Source of the DNA: Candidatus Obscuribacteraceae bacterium
Lineage (GTDB): Bacteria; Cyanobacteriota; Vampirovibrionia; Obscuribacterales; Obscuribacteraceae
Direction of reading: 5' to 3'
NCBI GenBank assembly: GCA_044226015.1
Contig: JBGAHS010000003.1
Span: forward strand, 789,364 to 853,363
DNA length: 64,000 bases
The translations under genes were made by a program, and so were the position numbers. The notes beneath the pieces are model-generated. The model was not told the origin of the DNA, made no database searches, and was given only the letters and a program-made list of their open reading frames with translations. Below are positions 21,970-31,490 of this stretch, piece after piece (position 1 is the first letter of the stretch; the number at the start of each line of letters is the position of its first letter).

Positions 21970-22908
21970 TTGCCCCAGAACAACGAAGAAATCAAACTCG
22001 AAGAAAGCGCTAAAGTCTGGGTTGCAGTGCTGCATTACCTCGGAGTCGAGCACACGCGCAAATGTCTTAACAGCATCAAGAACCTTGAGCATCGCCCGTT
22101 TCAAATACTTATTACTGATAACTCTTCGCCTGATAAAAGCGGCTCGCTGCTGCATCAGGAGTTTCCAGACTGTCATTATCAGCTGCTTTCCGAAAATAAA
22201 GGTTTTGCCGGTGGAAGTAATGCGTCAGTAAATTACTGCATTGAGCACGGCGCAGAATGGGTTTGGATCCTGAATAACGACACAGAATTAGATGCCGACT
22301 CACTGTCAAAATTGCTCTCGATGGCTGCCAAAAATCCAAAGGCTGCCATACTCGGAGCAGCCGTCTTTACGCCCACCGAAACAGGTTTTCATCAATCGGG
22401 AATCGGACAAATTGATTTTGCAAAAGCAAAAACCTATGAACGCGGAGAAATCGATAAAAGCAAAGAAACAATTGAATGCCAGTGGCTATCAGGCTCAAAC
22501 ATGCTGATTCGCAGCCAGGCGTTCAAAGAAATTGGTGGATTCGACGAAAATTTCTATCTCTACTTTGAAGACACAGACTTATGCTGGAGACTACGCGAAC
22601 AAGGCTGGACCTGTGTTTTCGTCCCTGGTGCAAACTTGCGTCATATTGGAAACGCTTCAACACAGGGGAAGTTAGCCATCTGGCGCGCCTACTACCATAC
22701 ACGAAACCGTTTGTTATTCTTCCTCAAAGTAAAACACGGGGTCGCTGCAATTCCTGTACTCTTCGCAATTCTCACGCACGTATTCAGACACTGCCTTGTG
22801 CTTCCATTTCGTGGAGAAGATGGAAAAAGAAAACTCCGTGCTGAACTGCTCGGAGTTAAAGACTTCTTTAGTGGCAAGCTGGGCAGAGGCGAATCTCTAG
22901 ACTTTTAG
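21970..22908 (+). CDS. Glycosyltransferase family 2 (start uncertain)
   Basis: TDNSSPD, NKGFAGG, ILNNDT, GGFDENFYLYFEDTDLC motifs. Confidence 0.88.
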   Translation: MPQNNEEIKLEESAKVWVAVLHYLGVEHTRKCLNSIKNLEHRPFQILITDNSSPDKSGSLLHQEFPDCHYQLLSENKGFAGGSNASVNYCIEHGAEWVWILNNDTELDADSLSKLLSMAAKNPKAAILGAAVFTPTETGFHQSGIGQIDFAKAKTYERGEIDKSKETIECQWLSGSNMLIRSQAFKEIGGFDENFYLYFEDTDLCWRLREQGWTCVFVPGANLRHIGNASTQGKLAIWRAYYHTRNRLLFFLKVKHGVAAIPVLFAILTHVFRHCLVLPFRGEDGKRKLRAELLGVKDFFSGKLGRGESLDF

Positions 22909-22994
22909 CAACCCAGCTCTCCAACGTCACCACATCTGATACCAGTGTGCCACCAGAATATTGAGTTCCTACCGTATGAATGAAGCGCGCTGAA

Positions 22995-23504
22995 CTACTC
23001 GGCAGCTTCAGCCCCTTCTTCTTCGGCTCCGTGTTCACCCACGTAGCTGATAACAATTCTTCTGTCCGGATCCTCACCCTTACTATTCGAAGAGAGCTCT
23101 GGGAAATGTTCCTGGAGGTATTTATGAACTATTCTTCTTTCGAAAGCGCTCATTGAAACGAGTTCAACTTCCTCAGACTCTCCGTTGAGAACTGCCACTG
23201 CGCCTTCTTTAGCCTGGTCAACAATCATCTCACGTCTACGCTGACGGTAGTTTGCAACATCGAGAAGAAAATGCGATTGTTCTATTCTCGTACCTTTGCA
23301 CATCTGTCTTAGCAAAAACTGAATTGCTTCAAGAGTCTGACCTTTCTTGCCAATTAAGAGTTTTGCATCTGAAGGTTTGCAATCAATTCGATAACAACGA
23401 GTCGATTCATCAATGTCTTCTTCGTGAATGACAGCATCAATATCAAGAATCGCTAGTATTTTTTCCAGGTAGCTTCTGGCGTTTTCATCATGCAGGGTAT
23501 TCAT
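22995..23504 (-). CDS. jag: Jag/KhpB (EloR) KH-R3H RNA-binding protein, short form
   Basis: LIGKKGQTLEAIQ, ERRIVH, position downstream of yidC. Confidence 0.88.
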   Translation of the reverse strand: MNTLHDENARSYLEKILAILDIDAVIHEEDIDESTRCYRIDCKPSDAKLLIGKKGQTLEAIQFLLRQMCKGTRIEQSHFLLDVANYRQRRREMIVDQAKEGAVAVLNGESEEVELVSMSAFERRIVHKYLQEHFPELSSNSKGEDPDRRIVISYVGEHGAEEEGAEAAE

Positions 23505-23520
23505 GAGAACTTGTCTTCCT

Positions 23521-25131
23521 TTAGTTATCGAGTTCTTTCACATTTTCCTTCAAGGGTAATTTTACAGATTCGTCTGCATCTTTCTTCTTCTTGTCATTTG
23601 GTGTCACATCTATGACCTCAGAATTTTTCGCACCCTTGTTCTTGTTTTCTTTCTTTTCTTCTTTTTTCTTGTTGTCAGTCGGCAACACTTCTACCGCGCC
23701 ATCCTCGTCGAAATCCTTGAATTCAGGTGCCGGAGACTGCATGATCAACCACGTCTGCAATGTCTGAACAACGTTCGAGAAAACCATGTAGAGGTAGACT
23801 CCTGCCGGCAGTGGCATAAAGAAAAACATCGCAGTTACCGTAAACGGCATGATCTGCTGAGTTTGCTTTTGCACCGCAGCTTGCTCTGGGTCTGTTGGGG
23901 TTGAAGTAACCATGAACTTTTGCGAGAGGAACATGGTGAAACCAAATAAGAGGATCAGCGAGAGAACGTCGAAGTTTTCAGGCTTCAAGAGATCCATTCC
24001 TTTGGCAGTTTTTCCAATGCTGTTAATGAAAAGGAATGGCTCATGCTTTGCTTCACCAGGAATCATCGCATTTACTACTACTTCGCCATCATGACGGAAA
24101 GTCGCTTTTCCGTTCTGATCTATAGAACTTCCGTTTGCATCTTCAAGAACTCTCCAGTTAGGCTCGAAGCCAACTGGAAGCTGTCCCTCAACAGCTTGTA
24201 CACGGAAATTGACAGGCTTTCCTGCTACAACTGTAAGATCGCCGGGCTCAACAGCCAACTCCACCTTCTTTCCGTCAACTGTGCCGGACACCGTTGTATC
24301 TGATTTCTCTTTCTTTTCTTTTATCGCTTCTTCTGAAGAACCGCCTGGAAAACCAAAACCACCTTCTTTCTTAGGAAGAACTTTGACCTTCACTGGAATG
24401 GTCTGCTCTTCTCCACCAGTGATAGATGCTGGGATTACCGCACCAAGCGTTATCTCCCCTTCCATTGGAAACATTGCCTGTCCACCAGGAGCAATACTTG
24501 CTCCATTGGGATCCATGGCAATCTTCCATTCCGGCTTGAAGTCATTTGGCATTTCACCCTGGCTTGCGCTCACAGTGAAATCAAGGCTGTTGTAGCCGTC
24601 TTTTGTAGGCTGGCCTTCTTGCCTTCCAAGAACCAGAGTAGAATCGCCGGGTCGCACTACAAACTTGCATAGCTTGCCGTCTTTGCTGATGTAGGCGGAA
24701 TCAGACGAAGAAGTAGGATTCTGTGTGGTGGTTGTGTTATTCGCCTTATCAGGTGCAGTGAGCTTGACCTTAACTGGAATGGCTTTGTCCTGGAAGGGTG
24801 GTCCAGAGAAAGTTCCAAACAATGCAAACAAGATTGGCAACTGAACCAGCATTGGCAAGCAACCACCAACCGGATTGACCTTGTTCTTCATGTAGAACTC
24901 GGCCATCTTTTTTTGCAATTCCTCAGGACTATCTTTGTATTTTTCCTGAAGAGCCTTCAGTTTGGGCTGCACCTTGCTCATCGTTTGCATCGATTTGGTG
25001 GATGCTGAGACAAGCGGCCAAACCAGAATTCGCACAGCGAGCGTAAGACCAAGAATTGCCCAACCATAACTCCCCAGAGTCTTATCGAGAAACTGGAGCA
25101 CTGGAAGCATGAAAAGATAGGAAATATCCAC
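23521..25131 (-). CDS. yidC: Membrane protein insertase YidC
   Basis: YGWAI...VRIL, NPVGGCLPMLVQLPI, PAGVYLY; large internal insertion. Confidence 0.93.
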   Translation of the reverse strand: MDISYLFMLPVLQFLDKTLGSYGWAILGLTLAVRILVWPLVSASTKSMQTMSKVQPKLKALQEKYKDSPEELQKKMAEFYMKNKVNPVGGCLPMLVQLPILFALFGTFSGPPFQDKAIPVKVKLTAPDKANNTTTTQNPTSSSDSAYISKDGKLCKFVVRPGDSTLVLGRQEGQPTKDGYNSLDFTVSASQGEMPNDFKPEWKIAMDPNGASIAPGGQAMFPMEGEITLGAVIPASITGGEEQTIPVKVKVLPKKEGGFGFPGGSSEEAIKEKKEKSDTTVSGTVDGKKVELAVEPGDLTVVAGKPVNFRVQAVEGQLPVGFEPNWRVLEDANGSSIDQNGKATFRHDGEVVVNAMIPGEAKHEPFLFINSIGKTAKGMDLLKPENFDVLSLILLFGFTMFLSQKFMVTSTPTDPEQAAVQKQTQQIMPFTVTAMFFFMPLPAGVYLYMVFSNVVQTLQTWLIMQSPAPEFKDFDEDGAVEVLPTDNKKKEEKKENKNKGAKNSEVIDVTPNDKKKKDADESVKLPLKENVKELDN

Positions 25132-25134
25132 TAA

Positions 25135-25389
25135 TTACACCTGTTTGCTAACAAATTTGGTACTGGCTCCAAAGCTAAATTGCTCTGGAACTTCGTCTAG
25201 TCCTGGCGTGCAGAACGGATTACAGCGTGCCACTCGGTATGTGGCGAGCAAGAAGCCTTTAATCAAGCCATGCTTCTCAAAACAGCCATATGCATAGTCA
25301 GAACAGGTCGGATAGAAACGACAACAAGCAGGCCGAAACGGTCTGCTTTTCTGATATAGCCGAATAAGTAATAGAAGAATTTTTCTCAT
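25135..25389 (-). CDS. yidD: Membrane protein insertion efficiency factor YidD
   Basis: CRFYPTCSDY, RCNPF motifs. Confidence 0.93.
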   Translation of the reverse strand: MRKILLLLIRLYQKSRPFRPACCRFYPTCSDYAYGCFEKHGLIKGFLLATYRVARCNPFCTPGLDEVPEQFSFGASTKFVSKQV

Positions 25390-25393
25390 GGCG

Positions 25394-25819
25394 TTATGAG
25401 GACGCCCTCTTTGCCCCGAATTTTTGGTTGGCTCGGTCCAAGCAATGTCTAATTGACTTCGCTATGTCCGCATACTCTGCTTTTAACACATCGGACTGCA
25501 CAACCCAGACAATTGCATACCATTGTTTAATGTGCGCCAATTTTGAGACCTTATCGGTCTCTTCAGCAGATACTGAATTCAGTTCATTCTTGATGATTCT
25601 GTAAGCTTCCCGAACTCTTCGCTTCGCCCTGTTCCGATGGCAAGCCTTGCTGAGCGTCTTTTTTGCAACGACGAACCCGGTCAAAGGAAGTCGTGGAGCG
25701 CTTTTAGCCTGACGTGGCAAAACATACAAAGTGAAAAGGTCCGAGTTGACGGACTTTCTTGCGTTATAAACTCGCTGAAAGAGTCCGGACTTCCTCAACC
25801 TTTCCGAATCAGGAAGCAC
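25394..25819 (-). CDS. rnpA: Ribonuclease P protein component
   Basis: ERLRK...F, GFVVAKK, RNRAKRRVRE motifs. Confidence 0.92.
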   Translation of the reverse strand: MLPDSERLRKSGLFQRVYNARKSVNSDLFTLYVLPRQAKSAPRLPLTGFVVAKKTLSKACHRNRAKRRVREAYRIIKNELNSVSAEETDKVSKLAHIKQWYAIVWVVQSDVLKAEYADIAKSIRHCLDRANQKFGAKRASS

Positions 25820-25828
25820 AGAACAACC

Positions 25829-25963
25829 TTATTTGCTGAGGCGGTAGCGTCCGCGTGCGCGGCGTGCCTTGATAACGTTTCTTCCATTTTTGCTGGACAT
25901 TCTGGCCAGGAATCCACTGCTCTTTTTAGCTTTGCGGATAGAGCCTCTGAGTGTGCGTTTCAT
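25829..25963 (-). CDS. rpmH: 50S ribosomal protein L34 (not in ORF track)
   Basis: Hand translation [44 protein letters not shown]; conserved synteny. Confidence 0.95.
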   Translation of the reverse strand: MKRTLRGSIRKAKKSSGFLARMSSKNGRNVIKARRARGRYRLSK

Positions 25964-26320
25964 AACAAAATCGAACTCCGTACAAATTTGACTAATTATT
26001 GCAATAACGGTAATTGCTCAACTTAGCAAATACGGCATGGGGAGCCGCGTTGCTTATAAATAACTTAGAAGTTGGCAAGTAATCGTTTATGCTATCATCA
26101 CCAGCAGACTCTTAAGACCGGTCGTGAAGCGCGTCCTGGTTAAAATTTTACGATTTGAGCTGTTTCCAACAGCTTCATTTCTGCTCCCGTGCCCCAACCA
26201 TACATGGATGTACACGCGGGAGCTCACTGTATAAAAAGCTCCTAAGAAATGGCTTTTCGTTACAGAATGCGCTTACTTCTTGTTTTCTGGTGTCCGGTAA
26301 CTCATGTGAAAGCGACGTCG

Positions 26321-27769
26321 ATGAAATCAGAACAGCCGGAAGATATTTGCCTTGACAAACCACTCTCGGAAGTTTGGGCAGAAACGCTTGAAATTCTCTC
26401 CAAGAAACTTCCATTGCCTACATTCAATTCGTGGATAAGGCCGCTCCAGCTGACTCGATTAACCGCCAGTGAAGCGGCAATTGCTGTCAGAAATGAGTTC
26501 ACTAGAGAACGAATTGCTAAGCTGACTCCGGAAATAACCAATGCGCTCACTGAAGTAATTGGTCGACCAATCAAGCCTATTGTCGTTGTCGACACCAGTT
26601 TGGTAGATACCGAATACACACCATCTATTGCTTCCATTACAGTCCTGCCTGCAGCGGAGCTGCCAACACAGCAGCAGACAGCCAAGCCTCCGCAACGCTC
26701 TAACGTTTCTGCCGTCTCTGCAGAGCAGGGCACTCGCGTAGGGCTCTCTAATCTGAATCCAAAGCACTTGTTTGAATCATTCGTCGTTGGAACAAGCAAC
26801 ACTTTTTCTCACGCCGCTGCTATGGCAGTCGCTAACAAACCGGGACAAGCCTACAATCCCTTGTTTCTTTATGGCGGAGTTGGGCTTGGAAAAACCCACC
26901 TTCTGCATGCGATAGGAAATGCAATTTTAGCTAAGGCACCACATACGGTGATTCGCTACATGTCCTGCGAGAAATTCACAAATGACGTCATCAATTCGAT
27001 AAGAGACGGAAAGATGGCTGAATTTAGAAAGAGATACCGCCAGGTAGATCTTCTACTAATGGACGATATTCAATTTATTGAAAAGAAAGAATCCACTCAG
27101 GAGGAATTTTTCCATACGTTCAACCATTTGAGAGATAACGGAAAACAAATTGTTCTGACGAGTGATCGCCCTCCAAAGGCCCTGGCTAGTTTGGAAGAAC
27201 GATTGAGAAGTCGCTTCGAATGGGGTTTGATAACAGATATTCAGGCACCGGACTATGAAATGCGTCTGGCAATTCTGCGCAAGAAAGCAGAACAGGAACA
27301 TCTACCTGTACCAGAAGATGTTCTAGATTACATCGCAAACAGCTTCACCAGTAACATTCGCGAACTTGAAGGTGCCCTGCTGAGAGCTCACGCCTATTCT
27401 TCTTTAACCGGTTCAAATCTATCGGTTTCCATAATTTCATCGATTTTGAACCCGGGTGCTCCAAAGCGAAAAGATAAAGCTCCACTGACAATCGAAAGGC
27501 TGATCGATACTGTATCGGCTTATTACCATATTGAATCTGCAGACATAAAATCTTCGAAAAGATCGCAAGATTTAACCGTTCCGAGGCATGTTGCAATGTA
27601 CCTCGCCCATGAGCTAATGACGATGAGCTTTCCACGAGTCGGACAGGCTTTCGGGAATCGCAAACATACATCTGCACTATATGCGTACGATAAGGTAAAG
27701 GAAGCGATCTCTAAAGACCCGGCCATTGCTGAGGCAGTTCGCGAAATCTCCCGTCAATTGGACGTTTGA
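26321..27769 (+). CDS. dnaA: Chromosomal replication initiator DnaA
   Basis: YNPLFLYGGVGLGKTHL, DDIQF, QEEFFHTFN, SRFEWGL, NIRELEGAL. Confidence 0.97.
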   Translation: MKSEQPEDICLDKPLSEVWAETLEILSKKLPLPTFNSWIRPLQLTRLTASEAAIAVRNEFTRERIAKLTPEITNALTEVIGRPIKPIVVVDTSLVDTEYTPSIASITVLPAAELPTQQQTAKPPQRSNVSAVSAEQGTRVGLSNLNPKHLFESFVVGTSNTFSHAAAMAVANKPGQAYNPLFLYGGVGLGKTHLLHAIGNAILAKAPHTVIRYMSCEKFTNDVINSIRDGKMAEFRKRYRQVDLLLMDDIQFIEKKESTQEEFFHTFNHLRDNGKQIVLTSDRPPKALASLEERLRSRFEWGLITDIQAPDYEMRLAILRKKAEQEHLPVPEDVLDYIANSFTSNIRELEGALLRAHAYSSLTGSNLSVSIISSILNPGAPKRKDKAPLTIERLIDTVSAYYHIESADIKSSKRSQDLTVPRHVAMYLAHELMTMSFPRVGQAFGNRKHTSALYAYDKVKEAISKDPAIAEAVREISRQLDV

Positions 27770-28109
27770 GTGCTTTTAGAAAAGCTGTAGAAAACTTGTA
27801 GGATCTCTGTAAGCGATCTGTTCATCAGGATCTTCCTGAAGATCACAAGTAGAGAAGATCATTCAACTCAATGACAGTTTTTCTACAGGTTAGATCTGTA
27901 CTACGACTTCAATTCAAGACTTATCTACAGAAATCTGCGGAGCTTACTACTTCTATATTTATATTCTTAAGACATTAAGCTAACAGTTGCAGTTTAAAAA
28001 ATGAAAGGCTCTTAAAGCTTGAAAGCCGCTTCTTAAGCCCTAGTTGGTTGCAATTCACCGCCAAAGCCGATAATCTGTGAGTATAGTTTTCTTCAACAGG
28101 TGAGCAGCC
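27770..28109. other. oriC (dnaA-dnaN intergenic region)
   Basis: Box-like TTWTCTACA at 27786-27794(-), 27879-27887 and 27921-27929; DnaA-trios TAC TAC TTC TAT at 27945-27956; AT-rich tract; six GATC. Confidence 0.85.
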
Positions 28110-29300
28110 ATGCATTTTGCCATTCAGAAAGACGTTCTGGTCAAAGCTCTGAGAGATGTTAGTAATGCAATTGCCACTCGTGTTGTTCAGCCTGTATTGA
28201 GCAATGTGCTCATTGAGTCAGTCGACAATGTGACCTTGAAGTTCACCGGAACTGACCTCGACCTGACGATAAGAACCAGCTCACCGGCTGTAGTATATAC
28301 ATCGGGTGCGATCACCCTTCCGGGAAAGAAGCTGCTTGAAGTTGTTTCGAAACTCTCTAACGACCTTGTTTCTTTTCAGGTCAACCCAGAAACATTCGAA
28401 ACCACAGTTACCTGTCAAAAATCAAAATTTTCAATTGCTGGCTTATCCTCGGAAGATTTTCCCAAGTTGGGTGCTGGAGCGAAAAGTGATGGTTTCTTGA
28501 TGCCGACTGAAATTCTGCGTCGGGCAATTGTACAGACATCTTTCGCCGCTGCGAGTTATGATGTTGGTAGTATCATGGGCGGTGTCTACTTGCTTGTTGC
28601 TGATAGTGCATTTGAAGCCACTGCAACAGACTCTAGCCGTCTAGCTCACAGACATGAGGAGTTATCCGTTACTGCACCAGCAGCACGCAAAGCTGATGGC
28701 GAGCTTGAAGTAGAGGGAGAAACAAAATCAAGCACCGCTACTCTGGAAAAGCCGCAAGAACTTAAAGCTATTGTTCCTGCCCGAGCTTGTGGCGAGTTAT
28801 TGAAGATATTCGACAGCAAAGATCCAGGAGCTCGCGTGAGAATCGTTGTAGCTGACGGACAAATCAGTTTTGAAAGTGACAGCCACTATCTCTGCAGTAG
28901 ATTAATCGGTGGTGAATATCCGCGTTATCACGAACTATTTCCGACTGAGTACAGCTACCTGGCACAGTTCAAGCGCGAGGATGTGTTGTCTGCAGTCGAG
29001 CGCGTAGCTGTTATGTCGGACGAGAGAACAAACCTTATCAAAATGCATTTTGAAGGTGACTCCGTTCAAATTAGTTCAAACACTCCTGACCTTGGTAAGG
29101 CTCAAGAAGAAGTTCCGTGTCAATTTGAGGGACAGGTTCTTGATATTGCCGTTAACGTTCGTTACGTGCTTGACGTGCTACAGAAATTGAACGCTGAGTC
29201 TGTCCGGCTCGAAATGACCGGACCTTTGAAGCCACTGATCTTCAAGGGTGATGCTGACGATAATTACAAATATCTATTGATGCCAGTTCAAGCTAGATAG
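28110..29300 (+). CDS. dnaN: DNA polymerase III beta clamp
   Basis: PVLSNVLI, GTDLD, ATDSSRL, RLIGGEYP, YLLMPV motifs. Confidence 0.96.
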   Translation: MHFAIQKDVLVKALRDVSNAIATRVVQPVLSNVLIESVDNVTLKFTGTDLDLTIRTSSPAVVYTSGAITLPGKKLLEVVSKLSNDLVSFQVNPETFETTVTCQKSKFSIAGLSSEDFPKLGAGAKSDGFLMPTEILRRAIVQTSFAAASYDVGSIMGGVYLLVADSAFEATATDSSRLAHRHEELSVTAPAARKADGELEVEGETKSSTATLEKPQELKAIVPARACGELLKIFDSKDPGARVRIVVADGQISFESDSHYLCSRLIGGEYPRYHELFPTEYSYLAQFKREDVLSAVERVAVMSDERTNLIKMHFEGDSVQISSNTPDLGKAQEEVPCQFEGQVLDIAVNVRYVLDVLQKLNAESVRLEMTGPLKPLIFKGDADDNYKYLLMPVQAR

Positions 29301-29364
29301 TCGTGTGATATACTTCAATCCTCGGCTCACAGAGTGAGTCTGGTTTGCACGAAAAATTGAATAT

Positions 29365-29438
29365 GGGATCGTAGCTCAGTTGGTTAGAGCGCCTGCCTGT
29401 CACGTAGGAGGTCGCGGGTTCGAGTCCCGTCGGTCCCG
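29365..29438 (+). tRNA. tRNA-Asp(GTC), CCA not encoded
   Basis: GGGATCG acceptor stem, TAGCTCAGTTGG D-arm, anticodon loop CTGTCAC, GGTTCGAGTCC T-arm. Confidence 0.96.
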
Positions 29439-29522
29439 TTTTTTTTTTGCCAATTCCGACGACATAAGTTTACTGCAATGCTTGCGCTTTGCAGTTTTTT
29501 GTTAGTTACTGAGAATTGGATT

Positions 29523-31487
29523 TCAGTCGAGATGCTTGGCAGATTTTCTAGAGCCACTTTCTAAATCTGCGAAATATTGTTTTGCCTTTTCGAGCCCCTC
29601 AACCATACGTTCTTGCCGCCTGGAGCTCTCCAGTGAGTCTAGATAGGCTTGCCACGCAATCAAGGTTTGCTTAGCGTTCTTGAGGTCTTTGAAGTTATCT
29701 GCATAGATGTGGAAACTGAGGTAGTAATACAGATTCAGTCGATGCATATGAGGATTGATGATTTTCTCGTTGTGTTCTTTCGCCAGTTTTGAGTACGCAG
29801 CAAACTTTTCATGGTCGCCTATTTCCGCGTAAGAAACCATAAGAGCAAGAAGAACACTCGACTTCTGCAGCAACGTTAAGGACTCAATTGCTGCGTGATG
29901 TTTTTCTACCAGCGAAAGTTCTTTTTTCGCATTTGCTATGTCTTGGCCTCTATAGCAAGCAATTCTCGCTGCGATCAAATGAAAGTAGAATTCGCGGACG
30001 TTCTTTGGAATTGGGTCTTTCTCAAATAGAGGTTTCTGTCTGTTTAACAGATTTTGAGCCTCTGGAGTGCGGTTCTTTTCTCGCATCAGCTCGACAAGGT
30101 CGAGTAACGATTGCAGAGCGTCCAAGTAATAGCCGTTGTTTCTTTGTATCTGAATGAGATACTCATCCATTTGAAGAATTTCTGCTTCCGTAAGACCAAA
30201 AGCAGTAGCGCGAATTTCGAGGCTCACTCTTTCGAGATTATCGAGCTTCGGGTGCGTCTTGTCTGTAATAAGTGCAAGTTTACGCAAGAGATCTAGATTT
30301 TTCTTGCTAACGTCAGTTGTAATTGCGTTTGACGGATAGCCGTGTGCCAGTAATTTCAGAGCGCGTTCCATGTAGATATTTGCTTGCTGATTGCGACCAC
30401 GTGAAGCGAATGATTCAGCCATATTCACTAATTGCTCTATCTTGCTGCTCGTATTTTTTCGATTCTCAATAGTAGCTGGAGGTTTATTGGGTGGTGGAGA
30501 ATGAAATCGCCTTTTTTGTATTGAGAATAGTCCAATCGCGGCAAACAATAGAAAAATCAGCGCAAGAGTAGGAGCCAGGCTTATGCGGCTTTCTTTCTTG
30601 CGTAATTCTTTGATGGCTATGTCTTTTGCAGAAAGATCGCCAGAGTTTAATCGTTGCAACGTGGACAATAGCTCGGCCATAGAGACAAAGCGATTCTCTG
30701 GGTCTTTTTGAATTGCTTTTAAAACTATGTGTTGAAGCTCCAGAGGAACATCATCGGGCAGCTGCTCGGGCGCAGAATGAAGATGCTTATGCAAAATAGA
30801 CATCGGATTTTCTGCATCGAAAGGCACTTTTCCAGAGAGCATCTCGTACATGATGCAAGCTAAGGCATAGATATCAGTGCGTTCGTTTGCCTTGTTTCCG
30901 GTGCACAGTTCTGGTGCCATGTAATGGATGCTTCCAATTAAAGTACCTGTCTGCGTAAGCTTTTGCGGAGCCTGTTCGCCAGAGTTGTATGCAATTCGAG
31001 ATAAGCCAAAATCAAGCACTTTTACTAAGTCTGGCTCTGGCGCTTGCAGCAACATTATGTTTTGTGGCTTGAGGTCACGGTGGATAATTCCGCGTTCGTG
31101 AGCGTATTGTGCTGCCGCACAAATCTGCATTACGATATTGATCGCTCGCTTCCAGGGAATTCTGCCTGTCTTCGTCAATTCATCTCCGAGCGATGTACCC
31201 TCGAGAAATTCCATTGCCATATATGGTTGCTTGTCTTCAATCAAACCAACGCTGTAGACCGACACAATATTTTTATGGCTGAAAGAGGCTAATATTCTAG
31301 CCTCCCGTTCAAATCTAGCCCTGCTATCTTGTGAGAGAAGTCCATCAATACGAAGTACTTTGACTGCGACAATGCGAGTAAGTTCCGCATGCTCGGCTTT
31401 GTAAACGGTTCCTAGACCGCCCGAGCCGATGAGTGCGAGCACTCTGTATTTCTCATCAATTACGCTGCCAACGCGGAAGTCCTGCAT
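29523..31487 (-). CDS. Hanks-type Ser/Thr protein kinase with TM and helical extracytoplasmic domain
   Basis: GSGGLG, VAVK, HRDLKPQN, DFG, YMAPE motifs. Confidence 0.93.
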   Translation of the reverse strand: MQDFRVGSVIDEKYRVLALIGSGGLGTVYKAEHAELTRIVAVKVLRIDGLLSQDSRARFEREARILASFSHKNIVSVYSVGLIEDKQPYMAMEFLEGTSLGDELTKTGRIPWKRAINIVMQICAAAQYAHERGIIHRDLKPQNIMLLQAPEPDLVKVLDFGLSRIAYNSGEQAPQKLTQTGTLIGSIHYMAPELCTGNKANERTDIYALACIMYEMLSGKVPFDAENPMSILHKHLHSAPEQLPDDVPLELQHIVLKAIQKDPENRFVSMAELLSTLQRLNSGDLSAKDIAIKELRKKESRISLAPTLALIFLLFAAIGLFSIQKRRFHSPPPNKPPATIENRKNTSSKIEQLVNMAESFASRGRNQQANIYMERALKLLAHGYPSNAITTDVSKKNLDLLRKLALITDKTHPKLDNLERVSLEIRATAFGLTEAEILQMDEYLIQIQRNNGYYLDALQSLLDLVELMREKNRTPEAQNLLNRQKPLFEKDPIPKNVREFYFHLIAARIACYRGQDIANAKKELSLVEKHHAAIESLTLLQKSSVLLALMVSYAEIGDHEKFAAYSKLAKEHNEKIINPHMHRLNLYYYLSFHIYADNFKDLKNAKQTLIAWQAYLDSLESSRRQERMVEGLEKAKQYFADLESGSRKSAKHLD

Positions 31488-31490
31488 ATT

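Noticed and set aside
26249..26320. Extended ORF-track starts (dnaA 26249; also 14730, 21937, 35763, 42390, 46139, 60819, 63431)
   Set aside because: Downstream starts have better RBSs or fit the families better; the extensions run through leaders, terminators or neighbouring genes.
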